A stretch of DNA of 64,000 bases from a virus (Duplodnaviria; Heunggongvirae; Uroviricota; Caudoviricetes). The DNA lies in the IMG/VR virus record IMGVR_UViG_2595698869_000001, positions 107,214 to 171,213 of that record. One strand, written 5' to 3'. Under the pieces are notes generated by a model that was not told where the DNA came from, did not search any database, and worked only from the letters and a program-made list of their open reading frames with translations. This document shows positions 52,831 to 61,934 of the stretch, piece by piece. A program made the translations under genes and the position numbers. Position 1 is the first letter of the stretch; each line of letters begins with the position of its first letter.

Positions 52831-53809
52831 GAGCGGCTTCCTCCTTCTGCTTCTTGGACCGCAGGTCGCGGCGGTGCTTAAAGGCCGCGCGCAGGGCCTG
52901 GGTGGTGTCGTCGTGCATGCCCAGGTCCGCCCCATCGGGCGCGACCACGCTGTTCTGGAGACCGAACCGATAGCCCTCGGCCGTCAGTTCATAGACCGCC
53001 TGCTCCTCGTGCATCTGGGCGAGGTGGCGATAATATTCGGCCAGCGCCAGTTCGTAGTCGCCCAGGAAAAGGCGCGCGTTGCGCTCGACGCCGGCGACCT
53101 CGGCGCGGAAGGTCAGCAGGAACCGCCCAGGCCCGACATGCGTCAGCTTGTAGCCGTGTTCGGCCAGCACCTCGTCGACGGTCTTGGTGACCGTGTAGAT
53201 ATGGAAGGTGTAGACGGCTTCGATGTGGGTGTCGTCGTAGAGATACTCGGACCGGTTTTGATGCTCGCCGATGTAGGGACCCCACTTGTGGTAGCGCCAG
53301 CCGCCGGACGCGGGCTGGTGCTCACGCCGGACTTCCACCATCGAGATGAAGTAGGGCGTGTCCGGATCGTCGATCAGGTCGGGGATGCAGGCGAGAAGCT
53401 GCTCGGGGCTGTCGCAGACGCCGTAGCTTTCGACCAGATAGGGGATGCGCCTATAGCCCTCGGGGACCGGCGGGACCTCGTCCAGGTACTCGGTGTCGAG
53501 CACCTCGATCTTGTACTTGTCGTGGAGCAGGTTGATCCGCGCCCAGCGGCGGTCTCCGTCGGCCTTGATCCAGGCCCGGACCGCAGCGCTGCGCTCCTCC
53601 TCGGTCTGCCCGCGTTCGTGGGGCGGACCCCACTTGCTGTCACGGTCCTCGATCTTTTCGACGATCTCGTACTCGGGATTCCAGGAGCCCATCGAGTAGA
53701 CGCCCTGGTGGAGGCGAATGGGCTTGCGGGCGCGGTTGTTCATTTCCGCGATCATCTTGGCGATCGGGTCGACTTCCGAGGCGGGGCGCAGGGTGATGTC
53801 GTAGAGCAT
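52823..53809 (-). CDS. hypothetical protein (328 aa)
   Basis: Real part of ORF 52823..53908; TGATG coupling. Confidence 0.5.
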   Translation of the reverse strand: MLYDITLRPASEVDPIAKMIAEMNNRARKPIRLHQGVYSMGSWNPEYEIVEKIEDRDSKWGPPHERGQTEEERSAAVRAWIKADGDRRWARINLLHDKYKIEVLDTEYLDEVPPVPEGYRRIPYLVESYGVCDSPEQLLACIPDLIDDPDTPYFISMVEVRREHQPASGGWRYHKWGPYIGEHQNRSEYLYDDTHIEAVYTFHIYTVTKTVDEVLAEHGYKLTHVGPGRFLLTFRAEVAGVERNARLFLGDYELALAEYYRHLAQMHEEQAVYELTAEGYRFGLQNSVVAPDGADLGMHDDTTQALRAAFKHRRDLRSKKQKEEAAHG

Positions 53810-54090
53810 CAGGCGGCGCCCTGGGCGATTTCGTAGGTGATCTTCGAGACGCCGATGTCGACCACGAACCGGTCGGGCGAGCCGTCGAACACGTAGTTGG
53901 CCTGACACCCAATCGGCATCATCTTGCCGTTGTCCATCCAGATCGCGTCCGGAGTGGCCTCGACCACGCCGCGCACCTGGGCCTGAGCCGGAGAAGGTTG
54001 CATCTCCACGCCGCCCACGGTGATCGCCACGGCCGCGAGACGCGCGCCCGGCTGGTTCAACTTGGCGATCAGGTCCTGGATCGAGTTCAC
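53809..54090 (-). CDS. hypothetical protein (GTG start after cassette leader)
   Basis: GACACAACGACAGAAGGAGGccgcGTG. Confidence 0.4.
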   Translation of the reverse strand: MNSIQDLIAKLNQPGARLAAVAITVGGVEMQPSPAQAQVRGVVEATPDAIWMDNGKMMPIGCQANYVFDGSPDRFVVDIGVSKITYEIAQGAA

Positions 54091-54153
54091 GCGGCCTCCT
54101 TCTGTCGTTGTGTCGACATAAGCTCTAGCCGTGGTTTTCCGGCCTGTCAACAC
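54091..54153 (-). promoter_or_regulatory. Cassette promoter + leader
   Basis: GTGTTGACAggccggaaaaccacggCTAGAGCttatgtcGACACAACGACAGAAGGAGG. Confidence 0.5.
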
Positions 54154-54227
54154 ACAACCGCCAAGGGTCAAAAGAAAACCGCCGCCCCGAAGGACGGCGG
54201 TCATGACAGAGCATGTCAGGAGGGACG

Positions 54228-56351
54228 TCAGACGTCCAGAGCGAAGGCCGGCGGGGAGACGTCCGGCTTCTGAATGATGAATCCCCGATCCAAGAGGGGC
54301 GGGAAGACCTGCTTGAGCACGCCGGCCGCGACCCCGGCTTCCTCGGCGATTTCGGCGAACGTGAAGGCCTCGCGCTGGCCGGCGCTGGCGACAAACAGAT
54401 CGTTGAGCGCCAGGATCACCGCGCCCGCCGGACTGATCTCGTAGGCCATGTCGAAATTCGGGTCTTCTGACAGCCGCAGCAGGCCTTCCGCCTCCAGGTT
54501 CGCGATGAGCGCCTTGAGTTGGTCAACCTTGACCGCGCCAAGATGGGTTTGGATTTCCCAGGGCGCCGCCGGCTCCTCGGCGCGCACGGCTTGCAGCGTC
54601 GCGATCAAGGCGATCGCCGGCATGGCCCGCACGATCATCTCGTCGCCAACCGTCAGGTCCGGGGCGTTGACCAGCAGGTCATTGATCACCGCGTCGCCGT
54701 GGGTCTCGACATAGGTCCGCAGCCGCTTGAGGGCGACCAGGAAATCGTCCTTGGTGATCGGCTCGATGCGGAAGGTCAGGAGCGGGTCGGTCGGAATCTC
54801 CGAGAAGTAGGCCCGACCCCGGTGGCTCCAGCCCTCGACCACATGCAGGAAGAGATCGATCGGCATGGCGACGGCGCCAAAGCCCAGTCGCGCATCGTCC
54901 GTCGCCTCCTCGACCTGCGCCAAGGCGTTGTCGATCGCTTCGAGCGTGAAGCCCCCGACAAGGCCGTTTTCCGCCGCGTCCAGCACGTTGGCCGCTTCTT
55001 CGGTGCCGAGCCCTTCGACGACCATTTCCGAGGCCTCCTGAGCCGTTTCCTGCGGCAGGGCGTCGGCGAGCTTGCTCATCGCCTCGGCGACGCCGCTCGT
55101 GTCGAGTTCCAGCTTCAGGGCCAGCTTCTCGGGACGCGCCGAGTAGGGCACGCCCTGGATCACCACGGCGCCCAGGTCGCCGACGACGCGCTTGGTCACT
55201 TCCAGATAGGCGTAGCGCGAGGCGGCGTTGAGCAGCGACAGCCGTTCGAAGACGATCTGCTGCTCCTGCTCGCGCGACAGGATGCCCGTCTCCAGGATGA
55301 ATAGCGGCTCGGAGCCATCCAGCGGGGGCTTGGCCTCGCCGTCGTCTTCCGGAAGGTCCTCGTCGAAATCGGCGCCGCTGATCGGCTCGCTCTCCGGCGG
55401 GGTGAAGCGGATGCCCGGCTCGCGGGGCGGTTCGGCGGGAGTGGCGTCGTCGAGAGGCATGTCGGTCCTTTGAGGCTTGGAGGTGATGAAGAGCGTGGTG
55501 AGATCGACGTCCCAGACCCCGCGCCCGTCGGTGAAGAGCGCCATGAAGGTCCCCAGGCGCGCATCCCAGCGGATGGTCTGGATCACGCCGTTGACGTCGC
55601 CATAGACGCCGGTCGCCCCCACGAGTTCATCGCGCAGGACCTCCGCATGGTCGTGGCACTCACCAAGCGTCGCCGGACGCACGGCGTGGAACGGGTATTG
55701 CTGATAGGCGCCCGGCGGCGAGACGAGGCGGACATTGACGTAGAGCGGCCCCAGATGGGTGTGGGCGTCGCGCAGGAAGCCGACCACGGTCTCCCCGTCG
55801 TTCTGGGTCGCCACCACGGGCATGCCGGCGCAGTTAGCCGTCAGGACCGCCGGATAGTCCTGGGGATAGGCCACGGCGTACAGGTGGAGATGATCACCCC
55901 GGCGCTGGGCCTTCCAGTCGGCGACACACCAAGCCGCCACCCGCGTGGCCCCGAACTCCGGCGTCTCCTCGATCAAGACGCCGCCGTCCGGAAGGTCCGC
56001 CTGCCCGACGTAAGGAACGACCTCGCTATGGCTGACGCTCCAGGCGGGCTTGGGAAATTGCGGGGTGATCATGAGCTTCTCGGTGAAGGTGAGATTGATG
56101 GCGTCGGCGTAGTGAACATACGGGCCGACCGGGGTGGTCCATGGCGGATCACCCTTGCGGATGTCCGACAGCGGCACCGCGACGTGCCTGCCGTTGGGCT
56201 GGACGATGTCGGCCAGGATGCGCGGCGGCTGGTGCATCAGGGTCACGACGTGCCCCTCGCCCGCCTCGAAGGTGCGGCTCTTGGGCCACCAGACCTTGGA
56301 CCCGGTCCAGTGGATCGACTGGATGACGAGGTCTTGTTCGGTCCCGATCAT
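54228..56351 (-). CDS. large hypothetical protein (707 aa), acidic central region
   Basis: Long coherent high-GC3 ORF; ATGA coupling. Confidence 0.55.
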   Translation of the reverse strand: MIGTEQDLVIQSIHWTGSKVWWPKSRTFEAGEGHVVTLMHQPPRILADIVQPNGRHVAVPLSDIRKGDPPWTTPVGPYVHYADAINLTFTEKLMITPQFPKPAWSVSHSEVVPYVGQADLPDGGVLIEETPEFGATRVAAWCVADWKAQRRGDHLHLYAVAYPQDYPAVLTANCAGMPVVATQNDGETVVGFLRDAHTHLGPLYVNVRLVSPPGAYQQYPFHAVRPATLGECHDHAEVLRDELVGATGVYGDVNGVIQTIRWDARLGTFMALFTDGRGVWDVDLTTLFITSKPQRTDMPLDDATPAEPPREPGIRFTPPESEPISGADFDEDLPEDDGEAKPPLDGSEPLFILETGILSREQEQQIVFERLSLLNAASRYAYLEVTKRVVGDLGAVVIQGVPYSARPEKLALKLELDTSGVAEAMSKLADALPQETAQEASEMVVEGLGTEEAANVLDAAENGLVGGFTLEAIDNALAQVEEATDDARLGFGAVAMPIDLFLHVVEGWSHRGRAYFSEIPTDPLLTFRIEPITKDDFLVALKRLRTYVETHGDAVINDLLVNAPDLTVGDEMIVRAMPAIALIATLQAVRAEEPAAPWEIQTHLGAVKVDQLKALIANLEAEGLLRLSEDPNFDMAYEISPAGAVILALNDLFVASAGQREAFTFAEIAEEAGVAAGVLKQVFPPLLDRGFIIQKPDVSPPAFALDV

Positions 56352-56773
56352 GCGGACGCCGCCGCGCCGGCCGGCGTCAAGCCGTAGATGGTGGGGCCTC
56401 GCGGCGACTTTCCGAGCGCGACCACTTCCAGATAGCCCATATTGTTCAAAGCCTTGGCTGTTTCATGATCGGGGTGATCGTTGAAGACGTTGAGGCGCCC
56501 GCCCTCGCCCATCGCCTGGGCGGCGCGCAGAAGACTCGCCTCGGCTTCGGTCAGGGTGACCAGGGCGACGTCCTCCAGCGCCACGTCGATCACGCAGGTC
56601 TGACCCTGATGAACGAACTCGATGATCGCCAGCCGGCGATAGGTCCCCGGCAGGACCGCGAGACAGACGCCTCGGACCTCGACCTTCTGGCGGGCGGTGA
56701 TCGGGAGATAGAGGCTCGTCTTGACGGCCTTGCCCTTGAGGGACAGATGCTCGTGCGTCGCCAGCGGGATCAT
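56348..56773 (-). CDS. hypothetical protein
   Basis: ATGA coupling. Confidence 0.45.
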   Translation of the reverse strand: MIPLATHEHLSLKGKAVKTSLYLPITARQKVEVRGVCLAVLPGTYRRLAIIEFVHQGQTCVIDVALEDVALVTLTEAEASLLRAAQAMGEGGRLNVFNDHPDHETAKALNNMGYLEVVALGKSPRGPTIYGLTPAGAAASA

Positions 56774-57015
56774 GGCTCGACCTTCCGGACAGTGTAGGAG
56801 AATTCGTCGTGGACGCGACCGTCGAAACTAGCCTCGTAGCCGGGGCCGAGTTCGGCCAGGATGCGCGCCTCGATCTCGGCGAAGTCGATTTTCGCCATCG
56901 CCTGTTCGGCCGCCCGCATCTGCTGGAGGAAGCCGTCCTTGATCTGGCGCCCCGCCTCGGTGCGGATCGGGATGTTCTGGATCGGCGGCTCGGATTTCGA
57001 CAGACGCTCGCCCAT
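56770..57015 (-). CDS. hypothetical protein
   Basis: TGATG coupling with gcrA. Confidence 0.45.
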   Translation of the reverse strand: MGERLSKSEPPIQNIPIRTEAGRQIKDGFLQQMRAAEQAMAKIDFAEIEARILAELGPGYEASFDGRVHDEFSYTVRKVEP

Positions 57016-57563
57016 CAGGCCCTCCGGCGATAGACCCGCACCGGGCGGGTGGGGAGGCGTTTCTCAGGCGGCTTATAGGCGACCAGGGCATGGCTGATGC
57101 AGTAGACGCCTGCCTCGGCGCGGCACCCGCAATGGCCAAAGTCCGGCGAGTTCGGGTCGCCATAGGGCCAGCGGCACATTCCGCGCTTGAGTTCGGCCGT
57201 CGCGAACAGCCGCGCCGGGCGCGGCGGGATGACCGCCGTCCCTTCAGGGACCAGGGCGAGCTTGGGCTTGGCCGGCGGAGCGGGCTTTTCGACCTTCTTG
57301 GGCTTGCGCGCCGTGGCCTTCTTGACCTTGCGGACCTGGATGCCCAGGCCGCGCGTCTTCTTGCGGCGGGCGGTCGGAGGCGGAACCTTCTCGCCCAGTT
57401 CGCCGGCGGCCTTCAGTCGGTCGGCCTTGCCGCAGACGGCGCTCTTGGTGCGCGGCACGCTCAGGCGCTGACCGATCTCCTTGGTCCCGACCGGCTCCGC
57501 CCAGAGCTTCTTGAGCAGGGCGATGTCCTCGTCCGGCCAGTCGGAATTCCGCTTCTTCACCAC
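57015..57563 (-). CDS. gcrA: GcrA-like cell-cycle transcriptional regulator homolog
   Basis: N-terminus SDWPDEDIALLKKLWAEPVGTKEIGQRLSVPRTKSAVCGKADRL and C-terminus CRWPYGDPNSPDFGHCGC...YCISH match the two conserved GcrA domains; AAGGAG SD, GTG start. Confidence 0.75.
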   Translation of the reverse strand: MVKKRNSDWPDEDIALLKKLWAEPVGTKEIGQRLSVPRTKSAVCGKADRLKAAGELGEKVPPPTARRKKTRGLGIQVRKVKKATARKPKKVEKPAPPAKPKLALVPEGTAVIPPRPARLFATAELKRGMCRWPYGDPNSPDFGHCGCRAEAGVYCISHALVAYKPPEKRLPTRPVRVYRRRA

Positions 57564-57570
57564 GCTTGCA

Positions 57571-57750
57571 CTACTCCTTGATCTCGACGCTCTTGGGCGG
57601 ATTGGGATGAGGAACGAAGACCAGGGCCACGTCCTGACCGCCGGTATAGCGCGTGCGTCGGCTATAGAGCCAGCCGCCTTCCACCGCCAACCGCTCGGTC
57701 ACCTGACCATCGGCTTCGTCGATCTTTTCCCACTTGGACTTCTTAGCCAT
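57571..57750 (-). CDS. small protein (59 aa), not in ORF track
   Basis: GAGGGGAAG-ATG; MAKKSKWEKIDEADGQVTERLAVEGGWLYSRRTRYTGGQDVALVFVPHPNPPKSVEIKE. Confidence 0.35.
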   Translation of the reverse strand: MAKKSKWEKIDEADGQVTERLAVEGGWLYSRRTRYTGGQDVALVFVPHPNPPKSVEIKE

Positions 57751-57790
57751 CTTCCCCTCGAATTTGGCGGCACCCTAGAGGAGCGTTCGA

Positions 57791-57885
57791 GTGTTGACAA
57801 GCACCAATGTCGCTGGCTTTCGAGTGTTGACAAGTCCGGTGCTCGTCTATAGGGGAGACCGGGACGACAACGAAAGGAGCCTGCC
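57791..57885 (+). promoter_or_regulatory. Tandem cassette promoters (two GTGTTGACA boxes 33 bp apart) + leader for rightward operon
   Basis: ttcgaGTGTTGACAagcacc...ttcgaGTGTTGACAagtccggtgctcgtCTATAGGggagaccggGACGACAACGAAAGGAGcctgccATG. Confidence 0.55.
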
Positions 57886-58194
57886 ATGCGCTATGTGCTC
57901 GACTATGCCGACGACCGGGACAACCCGGTCTATACCGATTTCCAGGCCGGCGACCGCAAGGCGGCCATCGCCAAGGCCAAGCGCCTGCTCGCCAAGGCGA
58001 TCAAGACCGTCGATTTCTCGCTCCACGGGGCCTACATCTTCGTCGATCCGACGGGCGTCGCCCGCGACGTCGACGACATGATCCCGTTCGGCATGCTGAG
58101 CACGATGGCCTACGCCAGCATCGTCACCCCGTCGATGATCTCGTTCGACGACCGCGACGCCAAGGCGGCGATCGCCGCGAGGCTCGCCCAATGA
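57886..58194 (+). CDS. hypothetical protein
   Basis: First gene after tandem promoters. Confidence 0.5.
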   Translation: MRYVLDYADDRDNPVYTDFQAGDRKAAIAKAKRLLAKAIKTVDFSLHGAYIFVDPTGVARDVDDMIPFGMLSTMAYASIVTPSMISFDDRDAKAAIAARLAQ

Positions 58195-58403
58195 TGGATC
58201 GTCAGGACGTCCAGCCCGGCTTCATCTATCGCGGCGGCAAGAACGGAACCCTGCGTCAGATCGTGAGCTATGGGGCGACCGAGGATTTCGTCTGCTGGGC
58301 CAATCCCCACGACCGCCTGCCCTACGGCGGCTTCATCTCCACCATCTGCACGTCCAGGACGTCGTTCGCCCGCTGGGCCGACAAGATCGAGGAAGAGGTC
58401 TGA
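58191..58403 (+). CDS. hypothetical small protein
   Basis: ATGA overlap. Confidence 0.45.
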   Translation: MMDRQDVQPGFIYRGGKNGTLRQIVSYGATEDFVCWANPHDRLPYGGFISTICTSRTSFARWADKIEEEV

Positions 58404-58684
58404 TGCTGTACAGCATGATCACGGGCGACTCTCCCGAAGACGAATTCGCCGACTATGAGTTCGCCAACGGGACCCAGGTCCACAATTCTCAAGCCGAGGA
58501 CGATGGAACCTTCCGTCGCATGATCACCACGCCCAAGGGGATCAACGTCACCTTCTGGAACGTGATGCCCGTCGAGATCGTGGGCGAGGTCGCGGCCGAA
58601 CTCGATCGGGTCGCGGCGGTCAACTTCGAGCAGGGCAAGCGTGCGAAGGCAGGTGAAATCATTCGCGTGTTGGGGCTCGGATGA
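58403..58684 (+). CDS. hypothetical small protein
   Basis: TGATG overlap. Confidence 0.45.
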   Translation: MLYSMITGDSPEDEFADYEFANGTQVHNSQAEDDGTFRRMITTPKGINVTFWNVMPVEIVGEVAAELDRVAAVNFEQGKRAKAGEIIRVLGLG

Positions 58685-58953
58685 ACACCTTCTTCCTTCG
58701 GCAGACCAAACGGGACGAGCAGGGTCGACGCTACTTTGAGTTCGTCGATCCTGACCTGACCCAGCGCCTCTATGTCCGCAAGCCGCCGGACGACTGGTCC
58801 GAGGGCTTCCCGATCGTCCTGGAGGACTTCGTCGATGGCAAGCCCGCCGGCTCCATCATCTGCCCGGCCGGGAAGAAGCGGGGGCATGGCTTCGCGGCCT
58901 TCTTCAAGGCCAACCCTAAGGATTTCCGCAAGCTCAAGAAAGGTCGCCTATGA
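58681..58953 (+). CDS. hypothetical small basic protein
   Basis: ATGA overlap. Confidence 0.45.
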   Translation: MNTFFLRQTKRDEQGRRYFEFVDPDLTQRLYVRKPPDDWSEGFPIVLEDFVDGKPAGSIICPAGKKRGHGFAAFFKANPKDFRKLKKGRL

Positions 58954-59207
58954 GGATTCCCCAGCCCGTCGAGTTCACCGTGGCCGACCTCATCGCCCAC
59001 CTTGCGACCCTGCCCCAGGACGCCAAGGTCGGCGTGCGCGGCGGGTTCGGGGGCTTCCGGCCGCTCGACGAGATCGCCCCGATCGAACTCGTCACCTTCT
59101 ACGGCGAGACCGACGTCGACCGCATGACGCTGGCGACCGCCGACCCCATCGCCATCAACTGGAAGGGCAAGCGCGGCGAGCCCTTCACGGCCATCATTCT
59201 CGACTAG
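58950..59207 (+). CDS. hypothetical small protein
   Basis: ATGA overlap. Confidence 0.45.
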   Translation: MRIPQPVEFTVADLIAHLATLPQDAKVGVRGGFGGFRPLDEIAPIELVTFYGETDVDRMTLATADPIAINWKGKRGEPFTAIILD

Positions 59208-59216
59208 GAGGACCCA

Positions 59217-59455
59217 TGACCAACCGTGTCTGGATTGAACTCGAACCGTCCGCGTCCGAGGGCCACGCCCGCGCCGCCGCCGCGTCGGCCATGCTGAAGC
59301 GCCTGGGTGTCGACGTCGGCGTCCACAAGCCGGTGTTCTGGCACGAGCGCAATGAGCGCTACTGCTTCACGCTCGACGCCTCGGGCGTCTACGTCGAGGC
59401 CGAGGACCACGGCCACTGGTACAACCTCGATTTCCTGGCGGGCGCCGATGTCTGA
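59217..59455 (+). CDS. hypothetical small protein
   Basis: AGGAGG SD. Confidence 0.45.
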
Positions 59456-59843
59456 GGTCTTCCCGCCGATCCGCCCCCGCGAGGCCAGGGACGAGGAAAT
59501 CCACGGCTTCGTCGTCCGCTACGGCTGGTTCTGGAACGTGACCCTGCTGAACGGCACGATCCTGGCCTTCGATCCCGACGATGTCGACCCCTGCCGCTAC
59601 GGCGTGACGGGCAAGGACGACTTCCGCAACCTCGCCGGCGCGCCCGAGACGATCGCGGCCTACGAGTGCGTCCAGGGCTGGCACGCCAAGGCCAAGCACC
59701 TCTCGGGCTGGACCGAACGTCACGACGACCGGCTCGAAGCCCTGCGGACGGCTTATCGCCGCCTGGAGGAGCAGCGCGAGCGCAACAGCCGCGCCCTGGA
59801 GGAGCACGGCGGCATCTTCAAGTTTCTGGAAGGTCAGGACTGA
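59448..59843 (+). CDS. hypothetical protein
   Basis: ATGTCTGA 8-nt overlap. Confidence 0.45.
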   Translation: MSEVFPPIRPREARDEEIHGFVVRYGWFWNVTLLNGTILAFDPDDVDPCRYGVTGKDDFRNLAGAPETIAAYECVQGWHAKAKHLSGWTERHDDRLEALRTAYRRLEEQRERNSRALEEHGGIFKFLEGQD

Positions 59844-60085
59844 TGCAGAGGACCCTCCATTCGACCGGCCAGGAACTTTCGGTCAAGTTCAAGTTCCCGA
59901 GTGAAAACCTGACCTTGACCGTGCATGCCGAACAGGACAGCCCGATGGCGTTCCTTTGGGTCGAAGGCCGTTCGGTCGACTATTTCGAGAAGCTCCTGAG
60001 CTTCGAGCCGGCCGATCTCGATCTCTTGATCGCCACCCTGTCCGAGGCGCGCAAGATGATCCGCGAGCGCGAGCCGCAGGACTGA
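59843..60085 (+). CDS. hypothetical small protein
   Basis: TGATG overlap. Confidence 0.45.
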   Translation: MQRTLHSTGQELSVKFKFPSENLTLTVHAEQDSPMAFLWVEGRSVDYFEKLLSFEPADLDLLIATLSEARKMIREREPQD

Positions 60086-60086
60086 C

Positions 60087-60341
60087 ATGCTGACCAAGGA
60101 CGAGATCACCTTCGCGGGCCTGATCAAGGCCATGGAGGACGCCCGACGCACCGCCAAGGCGGCGGGCGATCTCGTCAGCACGGCCGAGATCGACCGCTGG
60201 TTCAAGGAACACGCGCCGATCATCCGGGAGGTCCGCGACAAGGCCGAGGCCGACGAATTCGACGCTGGCGCGAGAGTGTTGACAGCCTCTGAGGAAGGGG
60301 CTAAAGACACCCTCGACGACAGCGAAAGGAGCCTGCCTTGA
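60087..60341 (+). CDS. hypothetical small protein; 3' end encodes the next promoter and leader
   Basis: Codons span GTGTTGACA...GACGACAGCGAAAGGAG. Confidence 0.4.
   Translation: MLTKDEITFAGLIKAMEDARRTAKAAGDLVSTAEIDRWFKEHAPIIREVRDKAEADEFDAGARVLTASEEGAKDTLDDSERSLP
60276..60337 (+). promoter_or_regulatory. Cassette promoter + leader inside coding sequence
   Basis: GTGTTGACAgcctctgaggaaggggCTAAAGAcaccctcGACGACAGCGAAAGGAGcctgccTTG. Confidence 0.5.
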
Positions 60342-61357
60342 CCGACTTCCCGATCATCCGCGCCGCCATCTCGCCCCGCCGGACCGCCCAGTTCGACGCC
60401 GCCCTGGCGAACGTGAAAGCCTTCACCGAGGAAGGCGTCCTGATCAAGGCCGAGTGGAACGACATCAAGGACACGTTCAGCCGCGCGATCGCCGAGACCT
60501 GGGACGCGTTCAAGGACAAGGAATACTATCCTCGCGCCCGCCAGGGCGAGCATGAGAACGTCGGCAAGCTCTACTGGGAGCTTCTGAGCCCCTACCCCCA
60601 TGTCCTGGCCGGCTATCTGAAGAAGGTCCAGAACGCCAAGAACATCGAGCCGGCGATCCTGCGCGATTTCCCGATCGCCTTCTTCACCGAGGCCCTGCCG
60701 CTCAACGACATGCTGGTCGCCCTGAAGCCGCTGATCGGCAAGCGCGCGCCGAAGAAGACCAAGGTCCAGATCGAGCGCGAGGGCAAGGAACGGACCTGTC
60801 AGGTCTGCGGTCGCGGCATCCTGGCCGAGAACGGCCGGATCGCCCACCACGGCTATCAGCGCCCCGGCATGGGTTATCAGACCCCCTCGTGCAGCGGCGC
60901 CCTGGAACTGCCCTTCGAGATCAGCCGCGACGCCTTGGGCGCCGACATCGAGAACCTGAAGGCCTACCGCGCCCGCCGCCAGACCTATCGCTCCGACGTC
61001 AACCTGGAACTGGTCAGCCTGCCGGTCAAGTATCAGGTCTCCGAGCAGGACCCGCGCCGCGCGCCGGGCTTCAAGCACGTGGTCGACAAGATGATCCACG
61101 TCACCCGCGCCGACTGGGACGCCCAGAAGGCCGAAACCCCCGAGGCCTTCGCCGGCAAGTACGGGCCGCGTAAGCCCAACTACACCTACGAGCCCTTCAC
61201 CTTCGACGCCCTGAAGACCCAGGTCCTGGGCATGGTCGACGGCGAGATCGAGTTCATCACCGGCACGATCCGGGCGCAGCAGAAGCGCTATGACGACTGG
61301 AAGCAGACGATGGAGTTCGTCGACGGCCAGTATCGGATGCTGGAGGTCGCGGCTTGA
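60338..61357 (+). CDS. hypothetical protein (339 aa) with Zn-binding CQVCG...H motif
   Basis: TTG start overlapping upstream TGA. Confidence 0.5.
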   Translation: MTDFPIIRAAISPRRTAQFDAALANVKAFTEEGVLIKAEWNDIKDTFSRAIAETWDAFKDKEYYPRARQGEHENVGKLYWELLSPYPHVLAGYLKKVQNAKNIEPAILRDFPIAFFTEALPLNDMLVALKPLIGKRAPKKTKVQIEREGKERTCQVCGRGILAENGRIAHHGYQRPGMGYQTPSCSGALELPFEISRDALGADIENLKAYRARRQTYRSDVNLELVSLPVKYQVSEQDPRRAPGFKHVVDKMIHVTRADWDAQKAETPEAFAGKYGPRKPNYTYEPFTFDALKTQVLGMVDGEIEFITGTIRAQQKRYDDWKQTMEFVDGQYRMLEVAA

Positions 61358-61542
61358 CTATCACCGCCCACGCAGAATCCGTCCTGGCGCTCCAGGCGCA
61401 GGCCGCCGACACCCTCAATCGGGTGATCGGAGAGCGCAACGCCGCCACGGGCGCGAAGAAAACGCGCCTGCGCCGCCTGACCCTGATCCTTGAAGACGTG
61501 ATGGGCGCCTGCAACGACGCCGTGGAGGAGATGCGCCGGTGA
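61354..61542 (+). CDS. hypothetical small protein
   Basis: TTGA overlap. Confidence 0.4.
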   Translation: MTITAHAESVLALQAQAADTLNRVIGERNAATGAKKTRLRRLTLILEDVMGACNDAVEEMRR

Positions 61543-61934
61543 TCTTCAGTTCCAAAACCCAGCCCCACTGCCGCTGCTGCGCCAAGCCGATCAAGAAGCA
61601 CACCCGCCGCCACTATTTCGGCTCCAGGGAAGCCAAGGACAACGGCTGGTCGCTCGACCGGATCGAGACCCCGATGTCGGAGGACGAACTGCGTCGGCTG
61701 GTGAACGGTCATATCGTCTCGTTCGCCTGGAGCCACGACGTCACCTACGACGCCAACTACAAGGCCGTGCGGAAGAAGACCCACATCGCCTGGGCCAACG
61801 TCTGGGACGGCGAGACCTACGAGGACGGTTATTTCTGCACCCTGCGATGCGCCGCCGCGTTCGGGAGCATGGTCGCCGAGCACTATCCCGATATCCACAC
61901 CCAGGCCTACGCAGACTTCAAGGGCAAGCGATGA
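61539..61934 (+). CDS. hypothetical Cys-rich protein
   Basis: GTGA overlap; CRCC...C motifs. Confidence 0.45.
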   Translation: MIFSSKTQPHCRCCAKPIKKHTRRHYFGSREAKDNGWSLDRIETPMSEDELRRLVNGHIVSFAWSHDVTYDANYKAVRKKTHIAWANVWDGETYEDGYFCTLRCAAAFGSMVAEHYPDIHTQAYADFKGKR

